Of a stretch of 64,000 bases of DNA, positions 8,021 through 19,816 are shown one piece after another. Under the pieces are notes generated by a model, which did not search any database, was not told where the DNA came from, and was given only the letters and a program-made list of their open reading frames with translations. The stretch is from positions 2,016,021 to 2,080,020 of the forward strand of contig CAWIIN010000002.1 in the NCBI GenBank assembly GCA_963836285.1, written 5' to 3'. A program made the translations under genes and the position numbers. The DNA comes from an uncultured Acidobacteriota bacterium (GTDB lineage: Bacteria > Acidobacteriota > Thermoanaerobaculia > UBA5066). Within the stretch, counting starts at the first letter, position 1. Every line of letters begins with the position of its first letter.

Positions 8021-11000
8021 GTGCGCCCACCCATGGAATTCCGCAAAATGGGGCGCATGAGATCGGTTGGGGCTCTCTTTGGAGGGGTCCTCGCGATGGC
8101 GGCGTCCATTGCGATGGCCGCCGGGCAGGCGACGCCCGCTCCCGCTCCGGCCGCCGGTTCGCCTTCCACCGCCGGCATCGTGCCGAAGGCCTTGCCGACG
8201 ACACCCCCGCTCGTGGCGGCGGGGCCACCGGTTCCCGAGGCCCAGATGGCGCGCAGCCCCGAAGCCCTCCGGCTGTTCGGTCGGCTGGACGACGACCGGG
8301 CGGTCGTCTACATCGCGTCGGGTCCTCCCGACGCGCGCGTCACGGTGCGATGCGCCGATCTGTTTCGGCCCGTCGAGATCTGGACCTACCTCGAGCATCC
8401 GACCCTCGGGAAGAACGCCCGCATCCTCTTCTATCCCGAGACGCCCACGGGGTCCTACCGGTACTGGACCGTCCTCGAGGGCGAGCCGGTGCTGTTCCCT
8501 CCGTCCGACAAGCCCACGACGCTCGCCGACCTCGAGAAGAGCCCCGGATCCTGTCCGGACGTCGCGCTCGTCGCCTCGGTCGTGCGCGACATCGCGCGCC
8601 GCCAGGGCGACAACAACGGCGGGCTCGCCGAGCGCGGGGCTCTCGCAGTGCCGCATCTCGTCCCGCCCTCGGGCGCCAAGGTCGAGGCGCCGGCGCCGGT
8701 TCTCGTCTCGAACAAGCCGCTCACGGGGAAGGAGCGCAAGAAGCTCACGGCCGAGCTGCCGGAAAAGTACCGGCAGTTTCTGCAGGACGTCGACCCGATC
8801 ATCACGGACGTGGAGCGTGACACCCTCCTGAAGCTCGGCGAGGACTACCAGCGCCAACGCTTCATCGACGAGTTCTGGAAGCGCCGCTCGACGACGCCGG
8901 ACGGGATGCGCACGCCGTTTCAGGACATCTACGAGATGCGGCTCGCGGAGGCGAAGGAACGCTTCCGGAACATCAACACGGACATGGGCCGGATCTTCCT
9001 CCTGCACGGCCCCCCGGACGGCGTCCGGAAGATCGACTGCGACAACGTCTACTGGCCCATTCAGATCTGGTACTACGAGCGCATCGACGAGCTCCGGATG
9101 TCGAAGGTCCTGCTCCTCTTCTACCAGCAGCTCGGCGTCGGCGACTACCGGCTCTGGACGCCCCTCGACGGGCAGGCCGCGCTCCTCGTCGGGAACATCG
9201 CGGGCGGGCTGAACGGGATCGGCGGCATGCGCGTGGACGTGACGCGATGCGCCGAGTACCGGGAGGTCATCGCGGCCGTGAACACGGTGGCCGCGACGTT
9301 CGGGACGATCGGCGGCATGAAGATGGCCGACGACCTCAAGACGGCGGCCAAGCCGGACGTGGAGGGCGCCGACCGCATCCTCCAGATGACCACCGACCTC
9401 CAGTCGGGCTCCGCGACGCTCCCGGTGCAGCGCGTCTTCCGCTTCCCGGAGCTCGTCGGGAGCCGGATGCGGATGGAGCTCGCCGTTCTCCTCGAGCGCG
9501 AGTCGCTCACGAAGAAGCAGATCGGCGACGAGAGCTTCTTCGACGTCGACCTCGTCGGGGAGGTCGTCCGCGACGGACGGCTCGTCGACAACTTCCGCTA
9601 CCGTTTCGACTTTCCGACCTCCAGCGTGAGCGGCCCGTTCGTCCCCCTGACGATCGAACGCGAGATCTACCCCGGCGACTACCAGCTCCGCGTGAAGGTC
9701 CAGGACGCGAACCGCAACGCGGCCGCCCTCATCAAGGAGCACCTCAAGGTCCCGGACACGCCCGAGCTCGCGATGACGGCCGAAGAGAGGGCCGCGCGCG
9801 AGGCCGCGAAGAAGGCCGTGACCGAGCTCGTCGAGAATCAGGGGGCGCCGAAGGGGAGCCTCTCGATTCTGCCGATCGCACGCGAGATCGCGACCGGCCT
9901 CATCCGATTCGAGACGCGGACGACGTCGCCCGACGTCGCGTTCACGGAGTTCTACCTGAACAACACGCGCGTCGTCACGAAGCGGCGCCCGCCGTTCTCG
10001 GCCGACCTCGACCTCGGCGAGCTTCCGCGCAAGCAGCTCGTCAAGGTCATCGGCTACTCGAAGGACGGAAGGCCGATCGCGCAGGACGAGATGATCCTGA
10101 ACGAGGGCCGCGAGGCGTTCCGCATCCGGATCACGAGCCCGAACAAGGGGATTCCCCTCTCGGGACCGGTACGCGTCGTCGCGGACCTCGCCGTGCCCGA
10201 GACGAAGCGCCTCGAGAAGGTCGAGTTCTACGTGAACGACCGGCGCGCCGCGACGCTCTACCAGGAGCCGTTCCAGCAGCTCGTCGACGTCCCGAAGAGC
10301 AAGGACCTCGGGTTTCTGCGCGTCGTCGCGACACTCGACGACGGGACCTCGACGGAGGACGTGCGCTACTACAACGCGCCGAAGTACCTCTCCGAGGAGA
10401 ACGTCAAGGCGATCGAGCTCTACACGTCCGTTCTCGCGAAAGGCCGGCCCGTCACGGGCCTCAAGAAGGAGAACTTCCGGGTCCTCGAGGACGGCGTGCC
10501 ACAGGACGTCGACGGATTCGAGATCGTCACGAACCTCCCGCTCTCGCTCGGGATCGGCGTCGACACGTCGGGCTCGATGGAGGAGTCGATCGTGGAGGCG
10601 CAGAAGGCCGCGGTCGAGTTCCTGCGCGACGTCATGACGAAGAAGGACCGGAGCTTCCTCGTCACGTTCGACAACGAGCCCCAGCTCGTGTCGCGCTTCA
10701 CGACGGACCGGGACAAGCTCGCGCAGGCGCTCGCGGGGCTCCGGGCGCAGGGCTCGACGGCGCTCTGGGACGCGCTCGTCTACGGCCTCTACCAGTACCA
10801 GGGGACGAAGGGCCGCAAGGCGTTCGTGATCCTGACGGACGGCGAGGACCGCTGCTCGCACTTCACGTTCGATGCCGCGCTCGACTACGCGAAGAAGACG
10901 GGCGTCGCCGTGTACTTCATCGGCCTGAGGATCGGGGCGACGCAGCTCGACGTGCGCCACAAGCTCGGGCGCATCGCGCGCGAGACGGGCGGGACCGTGT

Positions 11001-11185
11001 CCTACGTCGATAGCGCGAAGGGGCTCGGGCGGATCTACGCCCAGATCAACGAGGAGCTGAGGAGCCAGTACCTGCTGTCGTACGTCCCGCAGAACAAGTC
11101 CGTGTCGAACCAGTGGCGGAAAATCGAGGTCAAGATGACCCCGTCGCACCTCACGGCGCGGACGATTTCGGGGTATTACCCCTGA
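8021..11185 (+). CDS. Secreted GWxTD-like plus VWA domain protein
   Basis: Signal peptide; RFIDEFWKRR...TDMGRIFLLHGPPD...IWYY (GWxTD-like); VWA MIDAS DTSGSM, TALWDA, LTDGED, ELRSQYLLSY. The true start may be slightly downstream. Confidence 0.85.
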   Translation: MRPPMEFRKMGRMRSVGALFGGVLAMAASIAMAAGQATPAPAPAAGSPSTAGIVPKALPTTPPLVAAGPPVPEAQMARSPEALRLFGRLDDDRAVVYIASGPPDARVTVRCADLFRPVEIWTYLEHPTLGKNARILFYPETPTGSYRYWTVLEGEPVLFPPSDKPTTLADLEKSPGSCPDVALVASVVRDIARRQGDNNGGLAERGALAVPHLVPPSGAKVEAPAPVLVSNKPLTGKERKKLTAELPEKYRQFLQDVDPIITDVERDTLLKLGEDYQRQRFIDEFWKRRSTTPDGMRTPFQDIYEMRLAEAKERFRNINTDMGRIFLLHGPPDGVRKIDCDNVYWPIQIWYYERIDELRMSKVLLLFYQQLGVGDYRLWTPLDGQAALLVGNIAGGLNGIGGMRVDVTRCAEYREVIAAVNTVAATFGTIGGMKMADDLKTAAKPDVEGADRILQMTTDLQSGSATLPVQRVFRFPELVGSRMRMELAVLLERESLTKKQIGDESFFDVDLVGEVVRDGRLVDNFRYRFDFPTSSVSGPFVPLTIEREIYPGDYQLRVKVQDANRNAAALIKEHLKVPDTPELAMTAEERAAREAAKKAVTELVENQGAPKGSLSILPIAREIATGLIRFETRTTSPDVAFTEFYLNNTRVVTKRRPPFSADLDLGELPRKQLVKVIGYSKDGRPIAQDEMILNEGREAFRIRITSPNKGIPLSGPVRVVADLAVPETKRLEKVEFYVNDRRAATLYQEPFQQLVDVPKSKDLGFLRVVATLDDGTSTEDVRYYNAPKYLSEENVKAIELYTSVLAKGRPVTGLKKENFRVLEDGVPQDVDGFEIVTNLPLSLGIGVDTSGSMEESIVEAQKAAVEFLRDVMTKKDRSFLVTFDNEPQLVSRFTTDRDKLAQALAGLRAQGSTALWDALVYGLYQYQGTKGRKAFVILTDGEDRCSHFTFDAALDYAKKTGVAVYFIGLRIGATQLDVRHKLGRIARETGGTVSYVDSAKGLGRIYAQINEELRSQYLLSYVPQNKSVSNQWRKIEVKMTPSHLTARTISGYYP

Positions 11186-11370
11186 TCGGGGGTACGTCGT
11201 CCCAGAATTCGTCGTTAGCTCGACCGGCGCATCGTCGTCCTCTTTAACCACGAAGAGACATTTCATAGGACTGGCAAGCATGCAGGTGAGGACGTTGATT
11301 CTGTTCCGCTGGCGCTCGATGACGCCGCGCTCCCGGGCGCACCTGCACCTCGGCCGACTCTCCGCGTGAT

Positions 11371-11606
11371 TTACCGCCACATGGTGTTGCGCCTCATTTT
11401 CAGCTCCCGGGCGATCCTCTTGGCGTCCCAGCCCATCGAGCGTAATCCCCTGATGCTCGCCACCTGCTCCGACTCCACCACCGCCACCTCGCAAAAGGGA
11501 GAGTGCGCTCCTCAACTCCTCAACAATCTCGTCCTCCTTCTCTGAAGGACCGTCGAGGGGGGCGATTTTCGTGACGTAAGGGGGTCAGTTTAGGTGACGC
11601 CTGAAA
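11371..11606 (-). mobile_element. IS21-family remnant: left end plus truncated istA HTH
   Basis: Minus strand begins T(T)TCAGGCGTCACCTAAACTGACCCCCTTACGTCACGAAAATCGCCCCCC (IS21-like end with tandem boxes), then encodes VVESEQVASIRGLRSMGWDAKRIARELKMRRNTMWR*. Confidence 0.7.
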
Positions 11607-11721
11607 GCCCATAGCCCGGCTGGCCGACCCACTGCTCGTCGCCCCAGACAAGCCTCCGGGACATCACGGGACAGCCGCTCGCCGCCGCTCTCCAGTCGGG
11701 AACACCTGTGATCCTGTCACC

Positions 11722-12360
11722 CTACTCCAGAATCTGAACATAGAAACGATGCGACTGAAATTGCGACCGCGTTTCCCTTGTCGTGTTCTGCACCGTCGCC
11801 TCGGAACCAACCAGCGCATATCCCGTACGCGCATCGCGCTTCACACGGAGCCGTGCGGTGAATCCTAGGTGCGAGCCCGCACCGAACCTCGCTCGGCTAA
11901 CGACAATATCCCAGGCGCCTGTTTCTGCGGTTGGAGGTGTCTGGCCGATTGAGTCTCCGTCGAAGTATACAAAGGCCCCATCTGCAACGAAGCCGTCGAA
12001 GAATGTCCAGACAAGGAAACCCTTCTCCCATTCCTCGATCGCCGGATTCCCGGTCATGCTCACCGAAAACGTAAACTCCTGCCCTCTCCTAAGCTGCAGA
12101 GGGAGATCGTCGCTCAGCGTGCAGCAAGCGACCTGACCGGGAAGAGGCGTTGGTGTCGGTGGTGGGGCAGGGATCGGGCTGACTGCCGGTGTTACGGTGG
12201 GCGTCGGCGTCGGTTGGTTGGGTTCAGTCGGGGTGCTCCGGTTACAACCTGTCAAGCCGACCGAAAACAGGCCAGCGAGGGACCAGATAGTAAGTCGAGC
12301 CACCCTGTGGCAAGTGGGAGGGCACGCGCGGCCGCTCGTGCCCTCCGACAGATACATCAT
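11722..12360 (-). CDS. Hypothetical lipoprotein with a Pro/Thr-rich linker
   Basis: Lipobox GLTGC followed by PTPTPTVTP; lower GC; start overlaps the upstream gene's stop. Confidence 0.6.
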   Translation of the reverse strand: MMYLSEGTSGRACPPTCHRVARLTIWSLAGLFSVGLTGCNRSTPTEPNQPTPTPTVTPAVSPIPAPPPTPTPLPGQVACCTLSDDLPLQLRRGQEFTFSVSMTGNPAIEEWEKGFLVWTFFDGFVADGAFVYFDGDSIGQTPPTAETGAWDIVVSRARFGAGSHLGFTARLRVKRDARTGYALVGSEATVQNTTRETRSQFQSHRFYVQILE

Positions 12361-14071
12361 TCTGCGACGTTTAACCCGTTTACCGTCCGGATTCCAGGAA
12401 CGGCGGGGCTAAAGAGGCCTCGACTCTGGAAACTGTCATAGAAGGCCGGGAACGACGAGTACGAAGTCCAGTTCTGCAGGAAACTCAGCGAATAGCCGAC
12501 GGTGTCGATGCTGCCATCGTGCGACGCGGAGTTCGTTGAGTCGAAGAGATCCCAGAAGAAGGCCTGGACGTTACCTTCGTAGCGCCAGCCCGAGGGGCAT
12601 TGCGTGTAGCATTCACCGCCTTCGCAGGGGACTATAAAGTCGCGCCCATCGGTCTCCCACCAAGCGCCGTGCCAATCGGCAAATCCTTCTATGAACGCCG
12701 TCGTGTCGCCCGAATTTCCGCAGTACGAGTGCTGACCGCCCCCGTCGAGCGACCCTCCCTGAAGCCTGTACTGGAAGAAGTGACCAAACTCATGCGCCAT
12801 GATCCACTTGATGGTGTATCTCCCATCGTCGTTGAATGCCACGAGCCCGGGGGACGCGATGATGAAGGCTGCGGTGCTCGGCAAGGAGCCGTCGTAGCCA
12901 GCGGTGAACGGCGTGAAGTACGAGCCGAATCCGTTGTCCGCCCACCTAGACCGAAGGCTCTCGATTTCTGCGTTCCAACGAAAGAGGAAGCTATAGAAGG
13001 CGTTGTTCGGGTCGAAGAGCGGATACATTCGCCAGGTTGAGCCCTGCCATGAGCCGTAGTGATAGCCCGGCGTGAGAGATTGGCTGACGGGAACAAAGCC
13101 GGCGGCGCCGGACCTGACCCCCGCGTCGGGGGCAACTGCCAGGAACGAAACCACGGGGTTTCCCGTCCCTGGGGCAACAGAGCTGCTCACCGTCATCGAA
13201 TAGTCCCCATAGGCGCCTGTCGTCCCATAGTAGCGCGTCGTTCGATAGTCCTCGTTATTGCAGAGGTCCGTCCACAGCACCTGCGTGTCAACGGCGATTG
13301 CGTATCCACTGCCGAGAGGAAGGCTGGCCTGTTCATGCGGGTCGTAGTAATACCCCTGCCCTACGACCGGAATCGAGTAGTTGTTGTTTCTCGGCTGGAA
13401 CTGACCGCACTCGTCCGGCGGCCGCATCGGCTGAACCTTCGACGAGGCGAGCGCAAGCCGGTCCCACGCGACCTGGCTCGGCGAATCGGCGACGAACTCG
13501 CCTTCGCTCGAGACGGGCGTAGGGACGACGGATGAGGCCACGGGCGTGCCGCCGCGTGCGCGAGTGTCCTTCAGGAGTCGGCGGGCGGTGGCGTCGGCAT
13601 CGGCAGTTGCTTCCGCGACGGCATGGCTCTCTGAAAGCTCCTTGAACTCCTTCGAACTGATGACCGAAATGGCCTTGGGCGCCCCCCACACGACGTAGAA
13701 CACGTTCGTGACGATCGGACCACCTGACTTCGACAGCACGCGAACGACCACGGGAGCTGCCCCGTCTGAAGCGTAGTCCGCCACGGAGAGACGTACAGAA
13801 AACTTCGCCGGCACACCAGAATAGACGTTGAAGGCCGCGGGGAGAACCGCTGCGCTAAGTCCGCCGCCGAGGGCTCTTGCATCGAGGCTGAGACTCTTGA
13901 AGTCGCGCGTTGATGCTTCCAGCGTAACGGCTAGCGTGCCACTGCCTACGCCTGCTCCTCGACGACCCCTTTGACAACCAGCGGCTGGGCGGTCTCCGGT
14001 TTCGCTGAGAAGGAGAATTGGGCGGTGGCGATCCCGATCACCAGAAATGAGATGGAGCGGGCTTTTCGCAT
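12357..14071 (-). CDS. Secreted zinc metalloprotease-like protein (HExxH...E), frameshift near 13950
   Basis: Signal peptide MRKARSISFLVIGIATAQFSFSA (ATG 14071) lies in one frame and the mature body in another; the body has AHEFGHFFQY and downstream AFIEGFADW. Confidence 0.7.
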
Positions 14072-14249
14072 GAAAACTCCTCGTGCGGCATTGCCGCAGA
14101 AGAGACCATGGGATCCGGACCAGCCCGGGGGCACTGATACATCTGCATGCCGACACACTGTCGAAAAACGCGTCTCAAAACCGTCTATTAAGAGGGGGTG
14201 TGTCGTTCTGGGAAAGCCGGCGATCCCTTGGGTCATCCGTTGGAGAACG

Positions 14250-14856
<607 letters not shown>

Positions 14857-15499
14857 TCTAGAGCTTTTCACGGAAGAGTGTGGGTGAAGCAGCCGACGAC
14901 GAACGCCGCGAGCCGCTCTGGGAGTGAACTTGAGCGCGACGCGTCTTCTACGAAAGCACCGAGCGAAAAGTGCGGGACCTGTCGTGCGCGGGCACGAGGG
15001 TCTTGCTGCGAATCCAGGTTCGCGGGATTCTCTGCCGGAGGTGCCAGGAAGGTGAAGCGCGAGAAGTAGCGTTCGGCTACAAGCGTGACACACGTCCGGC
15101 CTGCGCCTGATGGGGCCGCTCGTGGCGGAAGATCTGATGGCGAAGGCCGAGATGGGCCTTGTCCACTACGCCCATTTCCGCCCACATCAAGGAATTCCGT
15201 AATGCGACGCCGGCAGAGTTCTACTTCGGACGAGCGCCGTCGCACCTGTCTGCGATTCGGCCTCCCCGTGGCCGGCCGGGCGAAGGCCCAGTGGATTCAC
15301 CGTTTCGCGTCGAATCCCTCGACGCGGAACGGATGCTGCCGTTGCTGTTTCGAAAAGCAGCCTGAAGGGCCGCCCGGAAGTTCTGCGGAGGGCCCTGGAG
15401 TCGGGTGCGGTGCGTGCAGGCCGCGCGGACGATCGCGAGGCCCCTGGCCTGTCCGCGCCAGGACCCGCCACAATCTCCATTGCGCCCCTTCAGGGCCCT

Positions 15500-18400
15500 C
15501 TAATCCTTGCCGTGCAGCCGGCCGACGGGCACGGGCGCGCCGAACAGGAAGCCCTGCGCCTGCCTGCAGCCGTTCGCCATCAGGAAGGCGAGCTGCTCCT
15601 CCGTCTCGACCCCCTCGGCGATGACGCGCAGGCCGAGGCCCCGCGCCATCTCGAGGATCGCCATCACGAGCGACGTGTCGGCGCCGGTCCCGGGAACGGC
15701 GGCGACGAACGTGCGGTCGATCTTGATCGCGTCGAGCGGGAGGCTCTTGAGGTAGGCGAGCGACGAGTGCCCGGTGCCGAAGTCGTCCAGGACGACGCGG
15801 ATGCCCATCTCGCGCAGGCGCTTCAGCGTCGCGATCGCCTCCTGGATGTCGCCCATCGCGACGCTCTCGGTGATCTCGAGCTCGAGCCGGCCGGGCGGAA
15901 GTCCCGACGCGGCGAGCGCGCCCTCGACCGTCTTCACGAGATTCCCGCGGTGGAACTGCCTCGCCGAGAGGTTCACGGCGACGAACCAGGCGCTCTCTCC
16001 CTGCGACGGGAAGTTCGCCGCGTGCGCGCACGCCTCGTTGAGGATCCACTCGCCCATCGGGACGATGAGGCGCGTCTCCTCGGCGAGCGGGATGAACGAG
16101 TCGGGCGCGAGAAGGCCGCGCGACGGGTGCTGCCAGCGCACGAGAGCCTCGGCGCCGACGATCCTCCGCGACGGGAGCACGACCTCGGGCTGGAAATAGA
16201 GGACGAACTCGCGGTTGTCGACGGCGCGTCTCAGGCCCGACTCGAGCGCGAGGCGTTCACGGATCGCCGCGTTGAGCGCCGGCGTGCAGAGCTGGAAGTT
16301 GTTTCGGCCCCGCTCCTTCGCACGGTAGAGCGCGATGTCCGCATTGCGCAGGAGAGCGTCCGCGTCGGCGCCGTCCTCCGGGAAGAGGCTGATCCCGACG
16401 CTCGTCGTCATCGTGAGTCTGTGGGACTCGACGACGAGGGGCTCGGAGACCGCGTCGAGCATCTTGCGGGCGAGGGGGACGACACTCTCCTTCTCGACGC
16501 TCGAGAGGACGAGGACGAACTCGTCGCCCCCGACGCGCGCGACCGTATCGCCCGCCCGGACGCATCCCCTCAGGCGGGCCGCGACCTGGCGGAGGACCTC
16601 GTCGCCGACGCCGTGGCCCATCGTGTCGTTGACGAGCTTGAAGCGGTCGAGGTCGAGGAAGAGGACGGCGAGCTTCGAGCCGTTCCGCTGCGCCTGCGCG
16701 AGCCCGAGCTCCATGTGGTCCTTGAGGCACTTGCGGTTCGGGAGTCCCGTGAGCGCATCGTGGTAAGCGAGGTGCTCGATCTCCTCCTCCGCGCGCTTGC
16801 GGTCCGTGATGTCGACGCACGTGCCCTCGATCACGGGGGGGCGGCCCGGCTCCTCGACGATCGCGGAGCTCTCGAGCGTCCAGATGGGCGAGCCGTCCTG
16901 CCGCCGGCCGCGGCACTCCTGGTTCATGAACGCGCGGTCCCTGAGGAGGCGCCCGATCCACGCCTCTCGATCCGCTTCCGCCCCGTAGAACTCGTGGGCC
17001 GGCGTGTCGAGGACGTCCTCCGGGGACGCGTACCCGTAGATCCGGGCGAAGCTCTCGTTGCACTCCAGGATCTGTCCGTCGACGGTGGATCTGAAGAACC
17101 CCGCCGGATTTCGCTCGTAGAGGCTCCGGAAACGCCGCTCGGACGTCCGCAGGCCCTCCTCGGCACGGACACGCGCCGTCGCGTCGCGGAAGCTCCAGAC
17201 GCGGCCGACGGGCTCTCCATCCAGGCGCTGGGGGAGCGAGTACCGCTCGAAGATCCGGCCGTCGCGGAAACGCAGGACGTCGAAGCTCTCGGCGTCCGGC
17301 CTTTCGTACAGCTCGTGCACCTTCCGGAGGAAGCCGTCGGGGTCCGCGAGCTGGCCGAGGACGTGCCCGATGATGCGCTGGTCGTCCCGGGTCTCGAGGA
17401 CTCCGTCCGGGATCGACCAGAGCTCGGTGAAGCGCCGGTTGTAGGAGATGACGCGGCCGCGGAGGTCCACGACGAGGATGCCGTCGGTGGTCGACTCGAG
17501 CGTGGACTCGAGGAGCGAGAGTGAGCGCCGGAGCGAGGCATCCGCGTGCTTGCGTGCGATCGCGGCCGCGATGTGCTGCGAGACGTCCGTCAGAAGCGTC
17601 GTCTCGCGCTCTCCGAACCGGATCGAGCGGCTGTAACTCTGGACGACGACGGCTCCGAAGATGCGCCCCCCCGACTTCAGGGGGACCCCGATCCAGTCGA
17701 GCGAGGGGGCGCCGATCTCCTCGACCTCGCCGCGGGTCACGAGATCGGCGAAGAGCTCGGGCGAGGCGAGGAGCGGGCGGCCTGTCCGGATGACGTACTC
17801 GGTGAGACCGCGCCCGAGCGGCTTCGGCGCGGGCGTCGGATCGAACTCGTCGACGAAATAGGGAAAGCGCAGCAGGCGGTCGTCGGCGTCCCAGAGCGCA
17901 ATGTAGAAGTTCCTCGCGTCGATGAGGTCCCCGACGAGCCGGTGAACGGCGGCGTAGAACTCCTCGAGGTCACGTGCCCTGTCGGCGGCCTCGGCGACGC
18001 GCACGCGGGTCTCCTGCAGCGCCGCGGCGCGCTTGCGCTCGAGCGCGCTCCCGAGGACCTGCGCGAGAAGCGGGAGCGCGCGCACCGTCTTGTCGTTCCA
18101 GTCGGCTTCCCGGCGGAGCGCCACGAAGCTCACGACCCCGAGGAGCTGCTGCGGGGTGCGGATCGGAACGAAGACGAGGGACTTCACGCCGAGGGCCTCG
18201 GACATCGCGCGCTCGCCGGCGGCCTCGGGTGGGAGGTCGGCGACGCGGGGCGCGTAAACGACCTCGTGCTGTCGCATCTTTCCGACGGACCACCGAAGGG
18301 CGTCCAGCGGAAAGGCTTCGAGCGGCGGCGGGGTGACGTCGCGGTCGTGCCAGCGCGCCGACGGGGCGAGCCGCGCGCCGTCCTCGGACACGAGCCAGAG

Positions 18401-18637
18401 CGTGACGCCGTCCGCGCCGAGAAAGAGCCCGAAGGCCTCGAGGGCGCGCTCGATCTGGGCGTCGATCTCCGTCGCCGTCGCGCGGACGAACGCGTTCGAG
18501 GTCTCGAGCACGAGGTCCGCGAGGGCGGCGCCCCGCTCGAGCGCCGCCTCGGCGGCCGCGAGCCGGGCGGCCGGGGCGAGCGCGGGCAGCGTCCCGCTCC
18601 GTGCCCTCCGGGTCCCGGCCGAGCTCTTCTGCGGCAT
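15500..18637 (-). CDS. GAF-GAF-PAS-PAS-GGDEF-EAL diguanylate cyclase/phosphodiesterase
   Basis: [52 protein letters not shown]. Confidence 0.95.
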   Translation of the reverse strand: MPQKSSAGTRRARSGTLPALAPAARLAAAEAALERGAALADLVLETSNAFVRATATEIDAQIERALEAFGLFLGADGVTLWLVSEDGARLAPSARWHDRDVTPPPLEAFPLDALRWSVGKMRQHEVVYAPRVADLPPEAAGERAMSEALGVKSLVFVPIRTPQQLLGVVSFVALRREADWNDKTVRALPLLAQVLGSALERKRAAALQETRVRVAEAADRARDLEEFYAAVHRLVGDLIDARNFYIALWDADDRLLRFPYFVDEFDPTPAPKPLGRGLTEYVIRTGRPLLASPELFADLVTRGEVEEIGAPSLDWIGVPLKSGGRIFGAVVVQSYSRSIRFGERETTLLTDVSQHIAAAIARKHADASLRRSLSLLESTLESTTDGILVVDLRGRVISYNRRFTELWSIPDGVLETRDDQRIIGHVLGQLADPDGFLRKVHELYERPDAESFDVLRFRDGRIFERYSLPQRLDGEPVGRVWSFRDATARVRAEEGLRTSERRFRSLYERNPAGFFRSTVDGQILECNESFARIYGYASPEDVLDTPAHEFYGAEADREAWIGRLLRDRAFMNQECRGRRQDGSPIWTLESSAIVEEPGRPPVIEGTCVDITDRKRAEEEIEHLAYHDALTGLPNRKCLKDHMELGLAQAQRNGSKLAVLFLDLDRFKLVNDTMGHGVGDEVLRQVAARLRGCVRAGDTVARVGGDEFVLVLSSVEKESVVPLARKMLDAVSEPLVVESHRLTMTTSVGISLFPEDGADADALLRNADIALYRAKERGRNNFQLCTPALNAAIRERLALESGLRRAVDNREFVLYFQPEVVLPSRRIVGAEALVRWQHPSRGLLAPDSFIPLAEETRLIVPMGEWILNEACAHAANFPSQGESAWFVAVNLSARQFHRGNLVKTVEGALAASGLPPGRLELEITESVAMGDIQEAIATLKRLREMGIRVVLDDFGTGHSSLAYLKSLPLDAIKIDRTFVAAVPGTGADTSLVMAILEMARGLGLRVIAEGVETEEQLAFLMANGCRQAQGFLFGAPVPVGRLHGKD

Positions 18638-18692
18638 GCCGCATTATGGTCCCCGGGGCCGGCGCGTGGGGCCTTCGGCTAAGCTCGGCGCC

Positions 18693-19271
18693 GTGCCGAA
18701 GCCGCGCATCCTGCTTGCGTCCTCGTCGCCCCGGCGGCGGGAAATCCTCGCCGCGATCGGTCTTTCGTTCGCCGTCCACGCTTCGGACGTCGACGAGACG
18801 CTCCGGGAAGGCGAGTCTCCGTTCGACGGGGCCGAACGGCTCGCCCGCGAGAAGGCTGCCGCGGTCCTCGCGACGGCGGGGGACGCCCTCGTCGTCGCGG
18901 CGGACACGCTCGTCGTGTGCGACGGGGAGGCCCTCGGCAAACCGAAGGACCGGGCGGACGCACGGCGCATGCTCACGCGGCTCTCGGGGCGCGCGCACGA
19001 CGTCGTCACGGGCGTGGCCCTCGGCCTCGGCGGCCGCCTCGAATCGGGCCGCGAGGTCTCGCGCGTCGTGTTCGCGCCGATGACGGAAGCCGAGGTCGAC
19101 GCCTACGTCGCGAGCGGCGAACCGGACGACCGCGCGGGGGCCTACGCGATCCAGGGCATCGGCGGCCTCTTCGTGACGCGCGTCGAGGGGAGCCCGTCGG
19201 CCGTCGTCGGCCTGCCGGTGCGCCTTCTCTACACGCTCGCGTCGGGGATGGGAATCGACCTCAAACCCTGA
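18693..19271 (+). CDS. maf: Maf-family nucleoside triphosphate pyrophosphatase
   Basis: LLASSSPRRREIL, AADTLV, GKPKD, AGAYAIQG, VVGLP. GTG at 18693. Confidence 0.93.
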   Translation: MPKPRILLASSSPRRREILAAIGLSFAVHASDVDETLREGESPFDGAERLAREKAAAVLATAGDALVVAADTLVVCDGEALGKPKDRADARRMLTRLSGRAHDVVTGVALGLGGRLESGREVSRVVFAPMTEAEVDAYVASGEPDDRAGAYAIQGIGGLFVTRVEGSPSAVVGLPVRLLYTLASGMGIDLKP

Positions 19272-19755
19272 CGACGGGCATCTCGCCGGACGTGTCGCGG
19301 GCGGCCTGACGGGACATCTGGAGGACCGCCGGGAACACGATGCCCGGGCCCAGGACGCCGGCGCCCACGCGCACCCTGAGGCTCTGGGGCAGGGGGCCCT
19401 TGCCGTCCCGCCAGGGTCGGAACGTGGCGGCGAGGCGCGCGACCTTCACCTTGCAGCCCTCGAGATTCGCCTCGACGAGGAGCGCGATGAACTCGTCCTC
19501 CTCCCAGCGGAAGAGATAGTCCGTGAGCCTCAGGTTCGCCTGGAGCGTGTTCGCGAGAGTGTGGACGGCGCTTTCGAGCGCCGCCGGAGGCATGGATGCC
19601 GCGAACTCGGCCCAGTTTACGAGGACGATCGAGAGAATGGACAGGACCGAGCCGTGCCGCTTGGACCGTTCGACCTCCCGGTCGACGATCTCGTCGAAGA
19701 AGGCGCGGCTGTAGGCTCCCGACTGCGGATCGCGGATCGGAAACGAAGCGCTCAC
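19261..19755 (-). CDS. Stand-alone degenerate GGDEF-domain protein
   Basis: RDPQSGAYSRAFFDEIVDREVERSKRHG...NLRLTDYLFRWEEDEFIALL (EEDEF in place of GGDEF). Confidence 0.75.
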   Translation of the reverse strand: MSASFPIRDPQSGAYSRAFFDEIVDREVERSKRHGSVLSILSIVLVNWAEFAASMPPAALESAVHTLANTLQANLRLTDYLFRWEEDEFIALLVEANLEGCKVKVARLAATFRPWRDGKGPLPQSLRVRVGAGVLGPGIVFPAVLQMSRQAARDTSGEMPVVRV

Positions 19756-19816
19756 CGTCCCTCCGGTCCCGCCAGTGTATCGCGGGAGGAGGCGGTCTGT
19801 CGTACGCTGTCGGCAT

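Noticed and set aside
7928-11515. Very long antisense or alternate-frame ORFs (e.g. 1195 aa here, 1115 aa at 28842, 864 aa at 54107)
   Set aside because: Shadow ORFs typical of high-GC DNA; they overlap well-supported genes and carry no motifs.
11657-11673. Short direct repeat CGGGACA-TCA-CGGGACA as a possible integrase arm or att site
   Set aside because: Only 7 bp, with no integrase, tRNA or second att copy visible in the window.
14857-15480. Short ORFs in the right part of the low-GC islet
   Set aside because: No recognisable motifs, start signals or codon bias; probably decayed sequence.
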